From Chiloscyllium plagiosum (Eukaryota): DNA of 64,000 nucleotides. The notes under the pieces are model-generated. The model did not search any database. It had not been told where the DNA came from and worked only from the letters and a program-made list of their open reading frames with translations. Positions 27,271-40,492 of the stretch are shown here, piece by piece (positions within the stretch are counted from its first letter, which is position 1; the number at the start of each line of letters is the position of its first letter). The translations under genes and the position numbers were made by a program. The DNA is taken from positions 1,687,930 through 1,751,929 of the forward strand of contig NC_057753.1 in the NCBI RefSeq assembly GCF_004010195.1, read 5' to 3'.

Positions 27271-28729
27271 CTTTCAATCGTAATTCAAACAGTTAATTTT
27301 TGTTATCTTTCTTTTTCTTTTGCATCTAACTGAAGCTTCTCCAAGTTGAATTGTATTATAGCAATCTTCAATGATTCTGTTGGCGTTTTGAGCAAATATA
27401 AGTGCTGAGCTATTGCTATAGTTATCTCTCATTTCCTTACGGAAAGGAACAGCTCCAACTCCAGCTTTACTGCCAATTCCAATAGCTTTTCCTTGTTTAT
27501 GTTTTGTAAAACCTCCAAAGTCATTTCTTCCGTTCACAGAAAACTCCCAGTGACTGAAAGAGTCATTTCCACATCAAGCACTGTTTAAACAAGCCCACAT
27601 CAGCACCTCCAAGAAAAGGCACTCACACCAACCCCTCACTGCCTTCCAGTCCAACTACAGTATCCCAATTTGGAAGTTTAGAACAAATCCTGGACGTGCC
27701 CCCAAGGTTAAGGGCCATGCTGTTTCCCCTCAAAACATTTCAAGAAGGTAGTCCATATGCTAACGTTTCTCGGTGTTTTAGACAAGTGTTAGGTGGATAT
27801 TCCATGAGCAATGCAGCTGGCCCAACCAGGCAGTTATAAGCGAAACAAAATTTAATTGCAGTCTACTGAATGAAACATGAACAAAATACAACCAAATTTA
27901 TAATAACTTACACCGTCTGAAAACTCAGTTGAGTCCAGCACAACTTAATGATGCTGTTTCAAATACTTGCAAAAACCCCATAAACACCCCCTGGCAAAAA
28001 AGTAAAATAAATCACAGTTTCTTAGAGGAGAAATAGCAGCGATAAATTGGATCACCATGAAACATGTTCTTTGACCAGCGCCTCAAAAACAACTTCTTAC
28101 TAAAACCAAAATAACCAAAGCCCCGAAGTGGGAGAACTGCCACTCTCCTTTCATTGTACATGTGTTTACACACTTAAAAGCTCTTTCAAATAGGTATTTC
28201 CAGACATATTGGAACCTCTGGTTGTACCGTCCCTCTGATACAAAAACAAGAACAGAATAACCTCCTTGAAGAAGCAGCATTGTCACATCAATCAACTTCT
28301 GTTGAAGGAGTAACATATTTTACGTGATGTGATTTCACTGCTTTTGTACTGAGAGGCGTTTCTAATCCACAAATATTAGCTATCGCATCTGCCAGTGCGA
28401 ATGCTGAAAATATGCTTGCGGAGGGACTGGAAGTCGGAGATACTGTTTAAATATAAGGGGTTTCCCATTAAACATGGAGATGAAAGGAATGGTATTATGC
28501 AGGTTGGTTGGGCTTCAGAATAGTTTCATTGATCTATTGAATGAAAGGCTCTGTGCTGCGCTGTAATGTTTTATGTTGTAAATAAAGTGAAGGCATGGTC
28601 ATTCAATAGTTGTTCATATCACAGCTAAGTATGTTCCTGTTGAACAAGGAAGTTAATCATGATTGTGATGTTGATGTTCTACTCAGATCAGTCGTGATCT
28701 GAGGGTCATATAATTTTGCAACACGGATG

Positions 28730-29260
28730 AAGAACCTACAGACTAACTCTCCCTGCCGACCAGGTGTTCAAAATTAATCTGGTCACATTTTCCACCATTT
28801 GCTCCATATCCCTCTAAACCATTCGTATTCATTTACCCATACAAATGCCTTTTTAAATATTTTAACTTTAAAAGCCTCTAACCTCCAGGACTTTCTCTTG
28901 CAGCTCATTCCATACACACACTACTCTCTGAATGAAAATCATGCCCCTTACAGCACTTTTATACCTTTTCCCTCTCCTTATGCCTCTGATTTTGGACTAA
29001 CCATCCTGTGAAAAAAAAAGACCTTGGTTAATTACTCTGTCTATCACCTTCATGAATTTGCAAATTTCGATAGGATCACCCCTCAGACTCTAGGGCTAGG
29101 TAAAATGGCCCGAGCCTATTCAATCTCTACCGACAACTGATAGCTCCAGCCCTGGCAACAGCAATGTACATCTGTTGTGCACCATTTAAGTAATATCTGA
29201 CCGAAAGCAGGGAGAATTGAACAAGAGTATTCCAAAAGTGGCCGAACCAATGTGGTTGAA
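28730..29260 (-). mobile_element. Old CR1 3' fragment shared between array units (paralogues at ~60920-61450 and, in part, 48520-48590)
   Basis: The same truncation point and following flank, ccaat..tgaat..gagcagwctcaa, appear in three units. Confidence 0.7.
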
Positions 29261-30437
29261 TGGCTGAGCAGACTCAATTCCTTTTTAATCTGTTTATGTA
29301 CATGGTCATACTGAGCCTATGCACTCGAGTTCATGCATAAGAAGTGGACATTTAAATAAAGTGTTAAACATTGGATTGAATTCAACTAAGCCTTTGATTT
29401 ATGCTTCGATATAAAAAAGAATTACCAAATGGATTCTTGTAAGGACCTCAGTTCAAACAAGTGGGCCAGAGGTGAAACAGGAAAAGTGATTGAGTTCAAC
29501 TTATTTCACAGGAGAGAAATGAAGAATGAAGCGTTGGGAGATCTGCATACATGCTGGAAATGTGGGTGGAGGATGTGGTAACACTGGTCTAAGCTGGAAA
29601 ACCCAAACTAATCTTCCCTGGTCAAGTGCTTGAAGCTCCACGATGTTTATCCCCCTGGGATCACTCCAGGATCTCAGCTGCCATATTTGCTCCACAAGGA
29701 TCAAAATGCGTGCCTACCTGTGTCGTTCCTGATTTATTTGTTGATGCCCTATTCATAATTTACAAGAACACCTCCAAGTTTCTGGAAATGTAGACATGAT
29801 GCTTTGTTCATCAACGTCAAAGTCTTGAATGCTTATCAGGAACAAGCTATAAATCTTCGTGGGAATCCCAATGTAACTCCCCTTTTGTCAAAAACATAAC
29901 TGCGAATGACAACTACTTCATGTCAGTCAGATAATTTCGTGTCAATGTTAATAGTGCCACTTCTATTTCATTAATTCCAGTGATTTTTGCACCAAATCAT
30001 CATGCAGCAACTTATTAAGTTATTTTCTCTACTTTCTTCCCATCAATTGTATTACTGTCTTCAACATTTTGTTACGTCAACAAGAAATGATATGACAAAT
30101 TTCGGCAGATGATTTTCCTTCAGTGCATCTGTGCACTCATTCCTGTATTCACAACGATTTGTCCAAATGGCTGTTAACTGCTTACCAAATTATCATTTCT
30201 TAAACATTTCCTTCTATGGAGGTGAAACTAATCAGCCTTTCGTGCTGTTGTTACATTTTCATTGATGGTGAATGAAGATTCAACATTATTTGTCAAGACC
30301 TACAATGTAAATGAGTGAACTGACAAACTTGCAAATTCAACTAAATGACAACTGATAAAGATCTCGATAATTGATCAAATGTCACAGGATATAAACTGTC
30401 AATCACAAATGGAGATTTGTAAGTGAATTACTAATGA

Positions 30438-30641
30438 AAATCAGAAACAAGAACAGATGTTACTGGAAAAGCTCAGCAGGTCTGGCAGCATCTGTGAAAA
30501 GAAAACAGAGTTAAGGTTTCGGGTCCAGTGAATATTCCTGAGAACTCGAACGAGAAATTCTGATTCTATCTCTGATTTCTTTTCACAGATGCTTTCCGAA
30601 TTGCTGAGCTTTTCCAGCAACTTCCGTTTTTGTTTCTGATT
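30438..30641. mobile_element. Palindromic Penelope-like terminal element specific to copy 2
   Basis: aatcagaaaca..ctggaaaagctcagca..gcatctgtgaaaagaaa mirrored by tttcttttcacagatgc..tgctgagcttttccagca..tgtttctgatt. Absent at the equivalent sites of copies 1 and 3. Confidence 0.75.
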
Positions 30642-32195
30642 GACAGCATCTACTGTTCTTTCGGTTTGTACAACTAATGAGCAGTCAGTTCTGTTAGTAT
30701 TGTAGAACCGAAGAACACCGTGGACGTTTAAAATTTGGAAGTGGAGCAGGAAATGCTGGAGAGCCCAACGTCGTTGACACATTTAGCTGACAGAAATTGG
30801 TTCACGTTTCAGGTCTGCGAGCAAGTCACAGTGGTCGGTGGTTGGTTGGGTTGGAGTGGGATGAGGAACAAACGGGAAAGTCTGAATGTGGTGAAATCAA
30901 TGAGTGCAGTCAATACACAAAAAGATGTGTGTACATGAGGTGTGAATCGGTGAATAGAAGCCTTGAATATGAAGAAAATCATGGACGAGCCAGAACAGAT
31001 AACAAAGTCAGAGTGAAACACCTAAATAAAACGGGACAGAAGGAAAATCACGCAATTCTTGAACGTTGGCAATTTAAAGCTGAAAATCGCGTCTATGACT
31101 CTTCAGTTCAGACGAACTGTCACAGATTTTCTAACTTTACTTAATTCCTCTCCAGGAGTCCAGCTCAGATCAAGAGATTACTTCCTCAACTACCCTCTCC
31201 GGCTCCACAGAGACTAACATTGGACTGTCACAATCTGTGCAGCGCTGAGTAAAGCTAGCTGGTCGATTCTAAGTTTCTACTTTTCTATACGGGATGAAGA
31301 CAAGTCAGATTGTCATGTGACTGAAGTTCTGATGTTGACATGTACCAGCAATGCTTTCCCTTCGACGTGGTGAATGTGAGAAATGTGGAGACTCTGGTAC
31401 ACCTCTGGTCCTGTTACAGACATAGTGAATCCTGCTTCTCTATCTCCTCTTTGCAAAAGGTGATTGGTTCCCTTCCCTGAAGAGCATCAGTGAACTAAGT
31501 TAGATTGTATGGACAATCCAGCAGCTCTCATAGTCAATTTCTTCCCCTCAGTGCCAGCTGCACATATTACCAGACTGATTACATCGATTTCACAACGAAC
31601 CTGTCTTTTAGTGGGTTCTTTGTTGCTGATATTATCTTCTGTGATTGATCAGGTTCTCAGGAAATTAAGTCGTTTGAAACGTTATGGAACAGCAGAATAA
31701 TTGGTAAACTCTCTCTTTCTTTCAGGAAAATATTAGAATTTAGTTAGGAAAGCAATTAAGAACCAATGTTGCCAGCAACCTAAGTGTTGTTTTATGGGTT
31801 ATTAAGAACTGCCTCAATGACACTCAGTTGCACTGTGAACTCTTGAGAATCGCCATAATGTTCTGTTTCATGCAATTCTCATATGTCAGATCACCATATT
31901 ATTTTAACGTGAGATTATATGCAATATTGCAATGGTCAGAGTAGACATATATTGTTTTGCACCAGATTTTCCATCTTTTATCACACGTTGCCCCTTTAAT
32001 GCCATACGTTTGAACGAAGAATTACAGGTATATCTCTGGGGTCTGCCAATCACATTACAGAAGGTGATGCAGGAGAATTCATCAGCGAAGACTAATCAAA
32101 TTGACAAGTACAAATGAACATAAAGAGCAATGTGTGAGAATAATGTTGAACCCAAATTGCATTTTACTGCGATTTATGTCATGATCATATGATCA

Positions 32196-34708
32196 CTATT
32201 TAAATCTTTTAAACACGAGTGTCAAGGGGAATTTCACGCATTTCTTCAGCTGCTGTCTGAATTTACTCTGCGTCCCGGCATAAATAAATGGGTTGATGCA
32301 GGAACTCAAAAGCTGAAGCATAGTCCCACCTTCATCAAGAATGAAGTTTGACTCATTGTAATTTGATCCTGAGAAATAAGTCACATTCGCAATTTGAACA
32401 TAGAGGAATGTAAGGAGAACCAACAAATATGACAGCAGGAAACTGCCTGAGATGGCGAAGAGTAAAACAATAGACTTCCTCCGTTTTTCCAACTCTGGGT
32501 CACTGTGACTCTCTCCATTGCTTCGGATCCGCAGTCTCCTGCGGGCTCTACTGGCCAATACAATGTGCCTGACAGTGAGCACATTGAGCAGCAAAATCAG
32601 AATGAATGGAAGACAAGGGTTTGAAATTACGATTATCCAGTCAAAAGCAATCCAACAGGGTGACGTATAATATATTGGTTTGAGGATGCAATACCAAGGT
32701 ACATTGTTAATGATAAAGGATGGCCCATAAGCAAAGTATAATGGAATGTTTCTGATGCAGCTCAGAGTGCAGGTAGTTGCTATAACCAGAGTCGCAACTT
32801 TCTCAGTGCAATATTTTATTTTCAGCTTCTGGCAACAAATGGCAATGAACCGATCAAAGGTGAAAGTGACAGTTACCCAGACAGAAGAATCTCTGATTCC
32901 ATAAATTAACATAAGACATGCACTACAGATTGGGGTCTTGTAGAGTAAAGCCATTGGTAAGTAAATACCTACAATTCGATTTAATATCACAGCTGTAAAA
33001 ATTACGAGGACATCCGTCACCGCCATGGATAGCAGATAATACACAATGCACTTGGAAAGACCGCATCTTTCCCGTGACAGGATAACAACCACTGAAATGT
33101 TAGCTATGAAAAAAAGAGAGAAAGAGTGAATACATGATATCAACAAATGTGGACATAGCCAAATAAAGACAAAATCGTACTGCTCATCGTCTTAGAAGCA
33201 ATTACAAAGATAAAGAAGAATCCAGAGTTTGGACTGAAAATATTTCCATTCAACTGAAGACAAATAACCTCCAATTGGCAGCTAACTCTCAGTATTATGT
33301 AGAATGGCAATAAGGATATATTCTTTACAGTAAACGTTGTCATTATTTCGTTATAATTCAGTTGCAGGGATTTTCATTTTATTTTGCTCGTAGAAAATTT
33401 TAAAAGTACAGAAGCAAACGTCATCTGAAGCATTGGCAAATTGAAGAAACAGTAATATTATAACTGACAAAGACATGGCCAGAAATATACAGATGACAGG
33501 TAATATAAAGATATCCTGGAGTTCCACGTTAAAGAAATCCAGGAAGAGATCTCCTAAAATTAAAAGAAAACTCGTCTCTGAATGGAAAGAGATCTGGGAT
33601 TGTAGTTGGCAATAACCCTAAAGTAAGGCAACAACGTTTTCTTACAGACATCAAGAATGGACAAAGTCTATTTATAGCTCGATTGGCAATGTTGTCTCTT
33701 TTGAACCTAATAATTTTGGCTTCTAATCCGATTGCAAGTCTTCAATACTGACTGAGTATTGCATTGCCCCGTGTTGTGCATTTGTGTGAAACCAATAAAT
33801 GGAAAATGTGGGAAATAAGAGAAGAATATACAATGTAACTGGACTGTTAAGAAGCTGCTGTTAATATTCCTTCAGAAACAACAAGTCATACATCATGTTA
33901 AATTTGAGATACCTCCGATACTGTGCAGATAAAAACAATGATATTTCTATAATGTAATAATTAAATTACAATTACACTGCTCAAAACAATTGAAGTGCAA
34001 TTTCAGTGGTAATCCCAGTGAGATAATTAGATTGCAGTAATGGCGTTAGCAAGACAACAGAACAGTATTTTTTGACAAAAACCTATAAACCAAAAAAAGG
34101 GAGGAATGGTGTTATTCAAGGAAAATGGAAGTGTTCTAACAATGTAAAGAAGCTATGCAATTGAAAAGAAGAAATGACAGTGTTAACGTGTAGAAAATAA
34201 GATAGAAAATCATTGAAAATAATGCTTTAGTAAAAATACATAATTTATACCCTTAAAAGAAAGAGGAGACATTCTAATCAAACTAAGGTAATGCTGCCAT
34301 GCTCTTAATAGACCATCTGTCTCAGAGGCTGATTACTCACGATGGTTTAAACTGAAGGTCAGTTTGTCTCTGAGTTTCAGATGAAGGGCGCTTCAAGGTA
34401 ATCTCCACCAGTGGAAGAATTAACCAAAATCTAACTGACATAACTGACCCCCTCACCATTGCATAACCTGAAAAGACAATCACACTGAATTGAACCAGTT
34501 ACCAGGCTGAGTCCGAAAAGACGATGAGTTCTCTGAGAGTGCAGTGTTGCTAAGTGCAAGAAGGGGTAAACGGAGGTCAGAAAAGTAAAGAAGGTATTAA
34601 AAATCATTTTTATTTCATAAGTAAAAGATATCCTTTACCTGGAACCCCAACAGCTGCGAGGATTGGATAGTAAATAGCAAACACGAGCCCTTTCGGTAAT
34701 CCATGCAT
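32196..34708 (-). CDS. Intact two-exon class A GPCR, GPR139/GPR142-like (copy 2); exon 1 34708-34639, exon 2 33103-32196, 325 aa
   Basis: Exon 1 reads MHGLPKGLVFAIYYPILAAVGVP+G|gtaaag. The acceptor ttttttcatag|CT gives ...GVP-A-NISVVVILS. 70+908=978 nt in one open frame. Seven hydrophobic segments, TM2 MAVTD, TM3 FDRF, ECL2 WYC, TM7 NPFIY. Family assigned from recalled similarity to GPR139; not called an orthologue. Confidence 0.92.
33104..34638 (-). other. Phase-1 GT-AG intron of GPCR copy 2 (1535 bp)
   Basis: Donor GTAAAG at 34638, polypyrimidine tract and AG at 33105-33104. The same donor and acceptor positions occur in copy 3 (intron 53431-52487, 945 bp). Confidence 0.9.
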
Positions 34709-37700
34709 TTCTGTCTCAAGCTGCGGTTTCGTTTGGCACTGCAATGGATGATAGTCAGATTTGTACCTGATGACAGGCTCTCGGGACATAATGAGATGCC
34801 TTGGGGTTTAACAATAGTTGCTGTAAATGAGAGACCAGATTAGAGATACTTCTGCCCTAACCGTCTTCAATTTAGTTGGAATCGAAATTTTAGGTGTTAT
34901 CACCTTGAATTAAAACAAAACGAAACACACCCTTGTAAATGTGTACCAGGGTGATTTGCATGAAGTCTCTTGTCTACCAACAACTTATCTCTGACCTGAA
35001 ATATTCTGTTTTATCGGAATATGCAGCGACATTTCCTCTCCCTGATCATTATTCACTACGCTTAATGAAACGTTTAAGTCTCTCTGATTGGGTTCAAGTC
35101 TCTCTGAAACTGCATAACCAATTTAGATCAGCAGTCTATGATCACATTACGGGCATACCCATCATATGTGTTGCTGCGTTTACAGGGCTGGCTTGTTTCT
35201 ACGATTACTTCTCATGCAGATTAGATCAGATGAAAGCATTATTTGATATGTCGACACACAAGCTCATCTTGACCAGATTCAATTGAGCATATACAGTTCC
35301 AATTCAGCAGTTTTATCAGAATTTAAATTTGCTTTCTTACCTATTGCATTTAGAATGGATAAGACCTGCTTATTGTGATGAAATTCAATGCATACTATTG
35401 CCTTCTCTCTAGACACGACCATGTCACTGTGCTTATCTTCACTGCCATAGTTTCGTGAGGCAGAGTGGGTTGAAATCCATTCATTAAACAGACAGGGAGT
35501 GGTCAAGTTTCACAAGGTTAAATTAAATGCATACAGGCTCATTCAGTACTCTCCTATAACAAAATGACAGATCAATGTTCTCCTCAGGATGCATTTAGTC
35601 AGAGCAGAACTGTGCATTTGAGTATAATTCATCTTAACATCGACAGAATCATATTCACAAGTGAATGCGACTGTGAAACTGTCCTGGCGAATTTGGTTAT
35701 TAGTGCAGTGAAAACAATGCGTTGTGAACATATACCTTGTGTTCAAAATTCCTATCAAGTTCGGACAGCAGTAGTTCTATTCAGTGCACACGAGTTCAGG
35801 TTTGCACAGTTGCTTTCAGCATATGTAGGCTTAGTTCTCCACATTTACATTCAGCGTGCATACGATCAATTGTGGATACTTGCCTTTATTGCAGCGATTC
35901 CAGATCTGCAACGTCAAACTAACAGCAAATCCTAAACTTCATTTTCCTGCCATTTGCTAAGATATCTTCACTCTCTTTTGTATAAAATATTCTATTTTAG
36001 CATTAAATTTACTTCATGACATAGCTTGTACAGCTCTCCATGTTAATGAAATCCACAAATTACAACTCTCTGACAGAAAACATTCCTCCTTGATGCTGGC
36101 CTAAATGTGCAACCTATTATTCTGAGATTGTACCCTCCAGTCGTACATCTTGGCAAACCGAGGAAACAATCTCTCAGCAGCTTCGCGTCAAGCACCTTGA
36201 AATATCGATGTGTCAATAGATCACTTTTCATTCTCCGAAACTTCAATGTTTACAGTCCAACCTACTTGACCTCTCCTCATATTTTCTTCTCAGGAGAAAA
36301 CCCGTCTGTGCCTGGAATTTGTTTATCTTCTCGACATTGCCTCCAATGCAATTACATCTTACTTAAGGCCCAGAACTATTCACATTATTGTCGGTGAGTT
36401 TTAATTCATAGTACCTTGTGTACGTATCGCAAGACTTCTCTATTTCTGTACTCCATTCCCTGAGATAGACCATTTATCCAGTTAGCTTGCTTATTATCTG
36501 CTAAACTTGTATGCTCGTTTTGGTTGTGATTTTTACACTGGGAACCCCTAAAGTCTTTCTCATGCAGATTCCTGCACACCATTTAAATAACAGCGCCTGT
36601 ATTCTTCGTCAAAGCTTCATTATCCTCATTATATTCAATCTACCAAATTTTTGCTGAAACATGAGGCGTCTGTATATCTTTGTAGATATTTTATGTCATC
36701 CTCAGCACTCATCACCCCACTACATTTTGTGACCCTGCACTTCTCCTATTTATGTCATAAAGATATTATGCAAACAATTGTAGTCTCAGCAGTGATCCTT
36801 GTGGTCCCCCATTAGTTGCACATTGCCATTTGGAAAATGTCCATCTTATCGCAACTCTGCTTTCTATTAACTGGACAATTCTCTCTTTAATCAAATGTAC
36901 GACTTACTCACAATAGGCTCATATGAAGTGGGCATTTTTGCAGTTTCTTATGGAACACCTTTTGGACATTCATATATATTATTTCTACTGGTCCCCGTTT
37001 ATCTTCTTGCTCGTTACCTTGTTAAGAATTATAATGAATATGCGAGTCATGGTTTCCATTTTGTTGAAGCCACGTTGAATTAAATTGATTCGAGAATGTT
37101 TTGTTAAATATACTGCAATTACATAATTTATAGCAGACTCTAACATAGTTGAGATGACAGATTTAAGCTGACCGACCTTTTTTTTGTTTCCTTTTTTGTT
37201 TTCCAAGCCTTCTGAAGTTTCCCAGAAGCAATGGACTCTTGGAAGGTTCCGACCGTGCATTTTTAAAATCTCTTCAGCTACTTCCATTGATATCTTCTGA
37301 CAAAACCCAGCACCGCTTTCTTTAGTGTTAATCAGTGCATTCATTTCCTTCTCCACTATCCTCGCTTTACTATTTAGTAAATTATGAACGCTGTAAGTGG
37401 CTATTTACATGCAAGTGTCAGTTGCACTCATCTCCCCCAAACCTTCTCGCACCCCAGCTGTCTTCTTGAGATTTTCTGGAGGGCTACCTCCAGGTTTTCA
37501 CAAGACGCTTTCTTCATTCTCATCGCACCACCATTAGGTGATAGGAAGTTTGGACTCCCACAAAAATATGGTTAGAATAATTCGTCAAAATTGACCATTA
37601 TCATCACTGCTCTATTGTTCTAAAACGTGAAATACAGAGGCAGGCATTAATTCAGTGTGGCATTTGAATCAGCATAAGCGAGCAGACATCGAAACAGCAA

Positions 37701-38532
37701 TAGGTCATTCAAATCTTCGAACCTATTCCATTGTTCAATAAGATTATACTTAATCTGTATGCCTGCATATATAACTTCAATTACATAACTTGGGCTCAAA
37801 CTTCTTAATATTCTTGCTTATTAAGCATTTGTCGAAATGGGACTTAAATTTCACAACTGAAGTAACATCAAACACTACTTGAGTAAGACAGTTCCGAACA
37901 CCAACGGCTCATTGCATTTAGAAATGATTTTTAACATCCCTCCTGAATTGTCTGGCCCTAACTCGCAGACAATGTCCACTGGTTCTTGAATATTCCGCCA
38001 ACTAAAATAGTTTATTTTTGTCTATCCTGTTTATTTTTCAAGTAAACATCTTGAAATACTATGTTAGATCACCCTTTAACACTTCAGGTTTTAGGGGATT
38101 AAGACCTAATTTGTCTAATCTATTCCCATAACATAACCCCTGAAGTCCGGGTATCGTTCTTGTAACTTGGATTGAGCCACCGTTCAGGGCCAGAACATCC
38201 CCGCGAAGGTGCAGTGCCCAAATCTGCTCACAATACTGGTAATGATGTCTAATCAGAGATTTTTCAACTGCAGCATACCATCTGCATCCTTGTACTGCCT
38301 TCCCTTAGATATGGTGGCCCGCATTCCATTCGTCTTCTTGACTATTTTCTGGACCTGTCAATGGCATTTTAAAGAGCGTTGCGCCCGAACCTCCATATCT
38401 CACTGGACATCCACTGCAGTTAAGTTTGTGTCTTTAAAAAAAATACCCTGATCCAGAGAAAAGCAAAAAATAAATGCTTACTAAAAAGAAAACTAACGCA
38501 CGCCTCCTGCAATAGTCGTCATTCCTCCTGTT

Positions 38533-39950
38533 TGAGGATAGCAAATATGGTTCCCTTGGTCAAGAAGGGGAGTAGGGATAACCCTAGTAACTATAGGCCG
38601 GTGAGTCTCACTTCTATTGTGGGCAAAGTCTTAGAGAGAATTGTAAGGGATAGGATTTATGAACATCTGGATAGGAATAATGTGATCAAGGATAGTCAGC
38701 ATGGTTTTGTGAAGGGCAGTCGTGCCTCACAAACCTTATTGAATTCTTTGAGAAGGTGACTAAGGAGATAGACGAGGGTGAAGCGGTAGATGTGGTGTAT
38801 ATGGATTTTAGTAAGGCGTTTGATAAGGTTACCCATGGTAGGCTACTGCAAACAATAAGGAGGTATGGCATTGAGGGTGAGTTGGAGGTTTGGATTAGGA
38901 ATTGGCTGGCTGGAAGAAGGCAGAGGGTAGTAGTTGATGGTAAAGATTCATCTTGGAGTGCAGTTACTAGCGGTGTTCCGCAAGGATCTGTTTGGGACCA
39001 TTGCTGTTTGTCATTTTTATAAATGACCTGGAGGAGGGGCTAGAAAGTTGGGTGAGCAAGTTTGCGGATGATACGAAAGTCGGCGGAAATGTTGACAGTG
39101 AGGAAGGATGTGTCAGGTTACAGCGGGATATAGATAAGTTGCAGAGCTGGGCAGAAAGGTGGCAAATGGAATCCAATATAGGTAAGTGTGAGGTGATTCA
39201 CTTTGGTAAGATTAACAAAAAGATGGGGGTACTGGGCTAATGGTCAGATACTTGGTAGTGTGGATGAGCAGAGGGATCTTGGTGTCCATGTACACAGATC
39301 TCTGAAAGTTGCCACCCAGGTAAATAGTGCGGTGAAGAAGGCATATGGCGTACTGGCTTTTATTGGAAGAGGAATTGAGTTCCGGAGCCCTGAGGTCATG
39401 TTGTAGTTGTATAAGACTCTGGTGGGGCCGCATCTGGAGTATTGTGTGCAGTTTTGGTCGCCATACTATAGAAAGGATGTGGAGGCACTGGAACGGGTAC
39501 AGAGGAGGTTTACCAGGATGTTGCCTGGTATGGTAGGAAGATCGTATGAGGAAAGGCTGAGGCACTTGGGACTGTTTTCATTGGAGAAAAGAAGGTTTAG
39601 GGGTGACTTGATAGAGGTGTACAAGATGATTAAGAGTTTAGGTAGGGTTGACGATGAGAACCTTTTTCCACATATGGAGTCAGCTAATACGAGGGGAATA
39701 GCTTTATATTAAGGGGTGTTAGGTATAGGACAGATGTTAGGGGTAGATTCTTTACTCAGCGAGTCGTGAGTTCATGGAATGCCCTGCCAGTAGCAGTGGT
39801 GGACTCTCCCTCTTTATGGGCATTTAAACGGGCATTGGATAGGCATATGTAGGATAGTGGGTTAGCGTAGGTTAGGTGGGCTTGGATCGGCGCAACATCG
39901 TGGGCCAAAGGGCCTGTACTGCGCTGTATTTTTCTATGTTCTATGTTCTA
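38533..39950 (+). mobile_element. Young 5'-truncated CR1 with a (TTCTATG)n tail
   Basis: NPSNYRPVSLTS, YMDFSKAFDKV, GVPQGSV, KFADDTK, HLEYCVQFWSP; few frameshifts; absent from the paralogous sites at ~6000 and ~57470. Confidence 0.94.
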
Positions 39951-40064
39951 AATCCAGGTTCTCTGAATGGGTGAGGTCACAGTTAATTTGATGCGCTACA
40001 TGTTTGTGTGAAACAGTGATTACATTTTAAGTATGATGCTTTGAAATGTAATAACGCATTAATT

Positions 40065-40492
40065 CAAGTCCTGGGACCCCTCCACTACTACACCTTAAAC
40101 ACTCGACGCCTGGTGGAAGAACACCTCACGTTCCACCTTGGGACCCTCCGACCATACGGGATCAACATGGATTTCATCAGTTTCCTATTTTTCCCTCCAC
40201 CCACCTTATTCCAGAAAGAAGTTCCAACTCGGCACCGACCTCTTGATCTGTCTTACCTGTCCATCTTCCTTCCCACGTAGCCACTCCACCCTCCTCTCCG
40301 ACCTAACTTCATCTTCCTATCGAATTCTCAACTGTTTTCACCACAGCCCCAACCCCTCCCATTTATCCCTCAGCTCCCTTGTGCCACAAGACTCATTCCT
40401 GACGAAGGGTTTTTGTCCAAAACATAGATGATCCTCCTCCTCGGATGCTGTCTGACCGGGTGTGCTTTTCCAGGACTACACTCTTCGACTCG
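40065..40492 (+). mobile_element. Penelope-like 3' fragment with terminal repeat
   Basis: RRLVEEHLTFHLGTLRPYGINMDF followed by cattcCTGACGAagggtttttgtccaaaac. Confidence 0.8.

Larger units (their letters stand above)
21940..28287 (-). mobile_element. Gypsy-type LTR retrotransposon 5' part: LTR ~28287-27706, PBS 27704-27687, gag at ~27560-27271 and 22995-21940
   Basis: The LTR starts TGTGACA. PBS TGGGGGCACGTCCAGGAT matches tRNA-Pro TGGGGGCTCGTCCGGGAT at 16/18. gag pieces: KFDKKNAEVYFISFEKVAKQMKW, INLEEFKNH, AVEMADGYEL and a decayed knuckle CFHRNKVGK. No pol seen. Confidence 0.8.

Noticed and set aside
33104..33146. ORF-track N-terminus MLISCIHSFSLFFI of the 316-aa GPCR
   Set aside because: Intronic polypyrimidine tract with a non-ATG start; exon 1 at 34708-34639 supplies the start and the first part of TM1.
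32196..34708. Assigning the symbol GPR139
   Set aside because: Similarity is family-level and the gene is one of several paralogues; orthology cannot be shown from this window.
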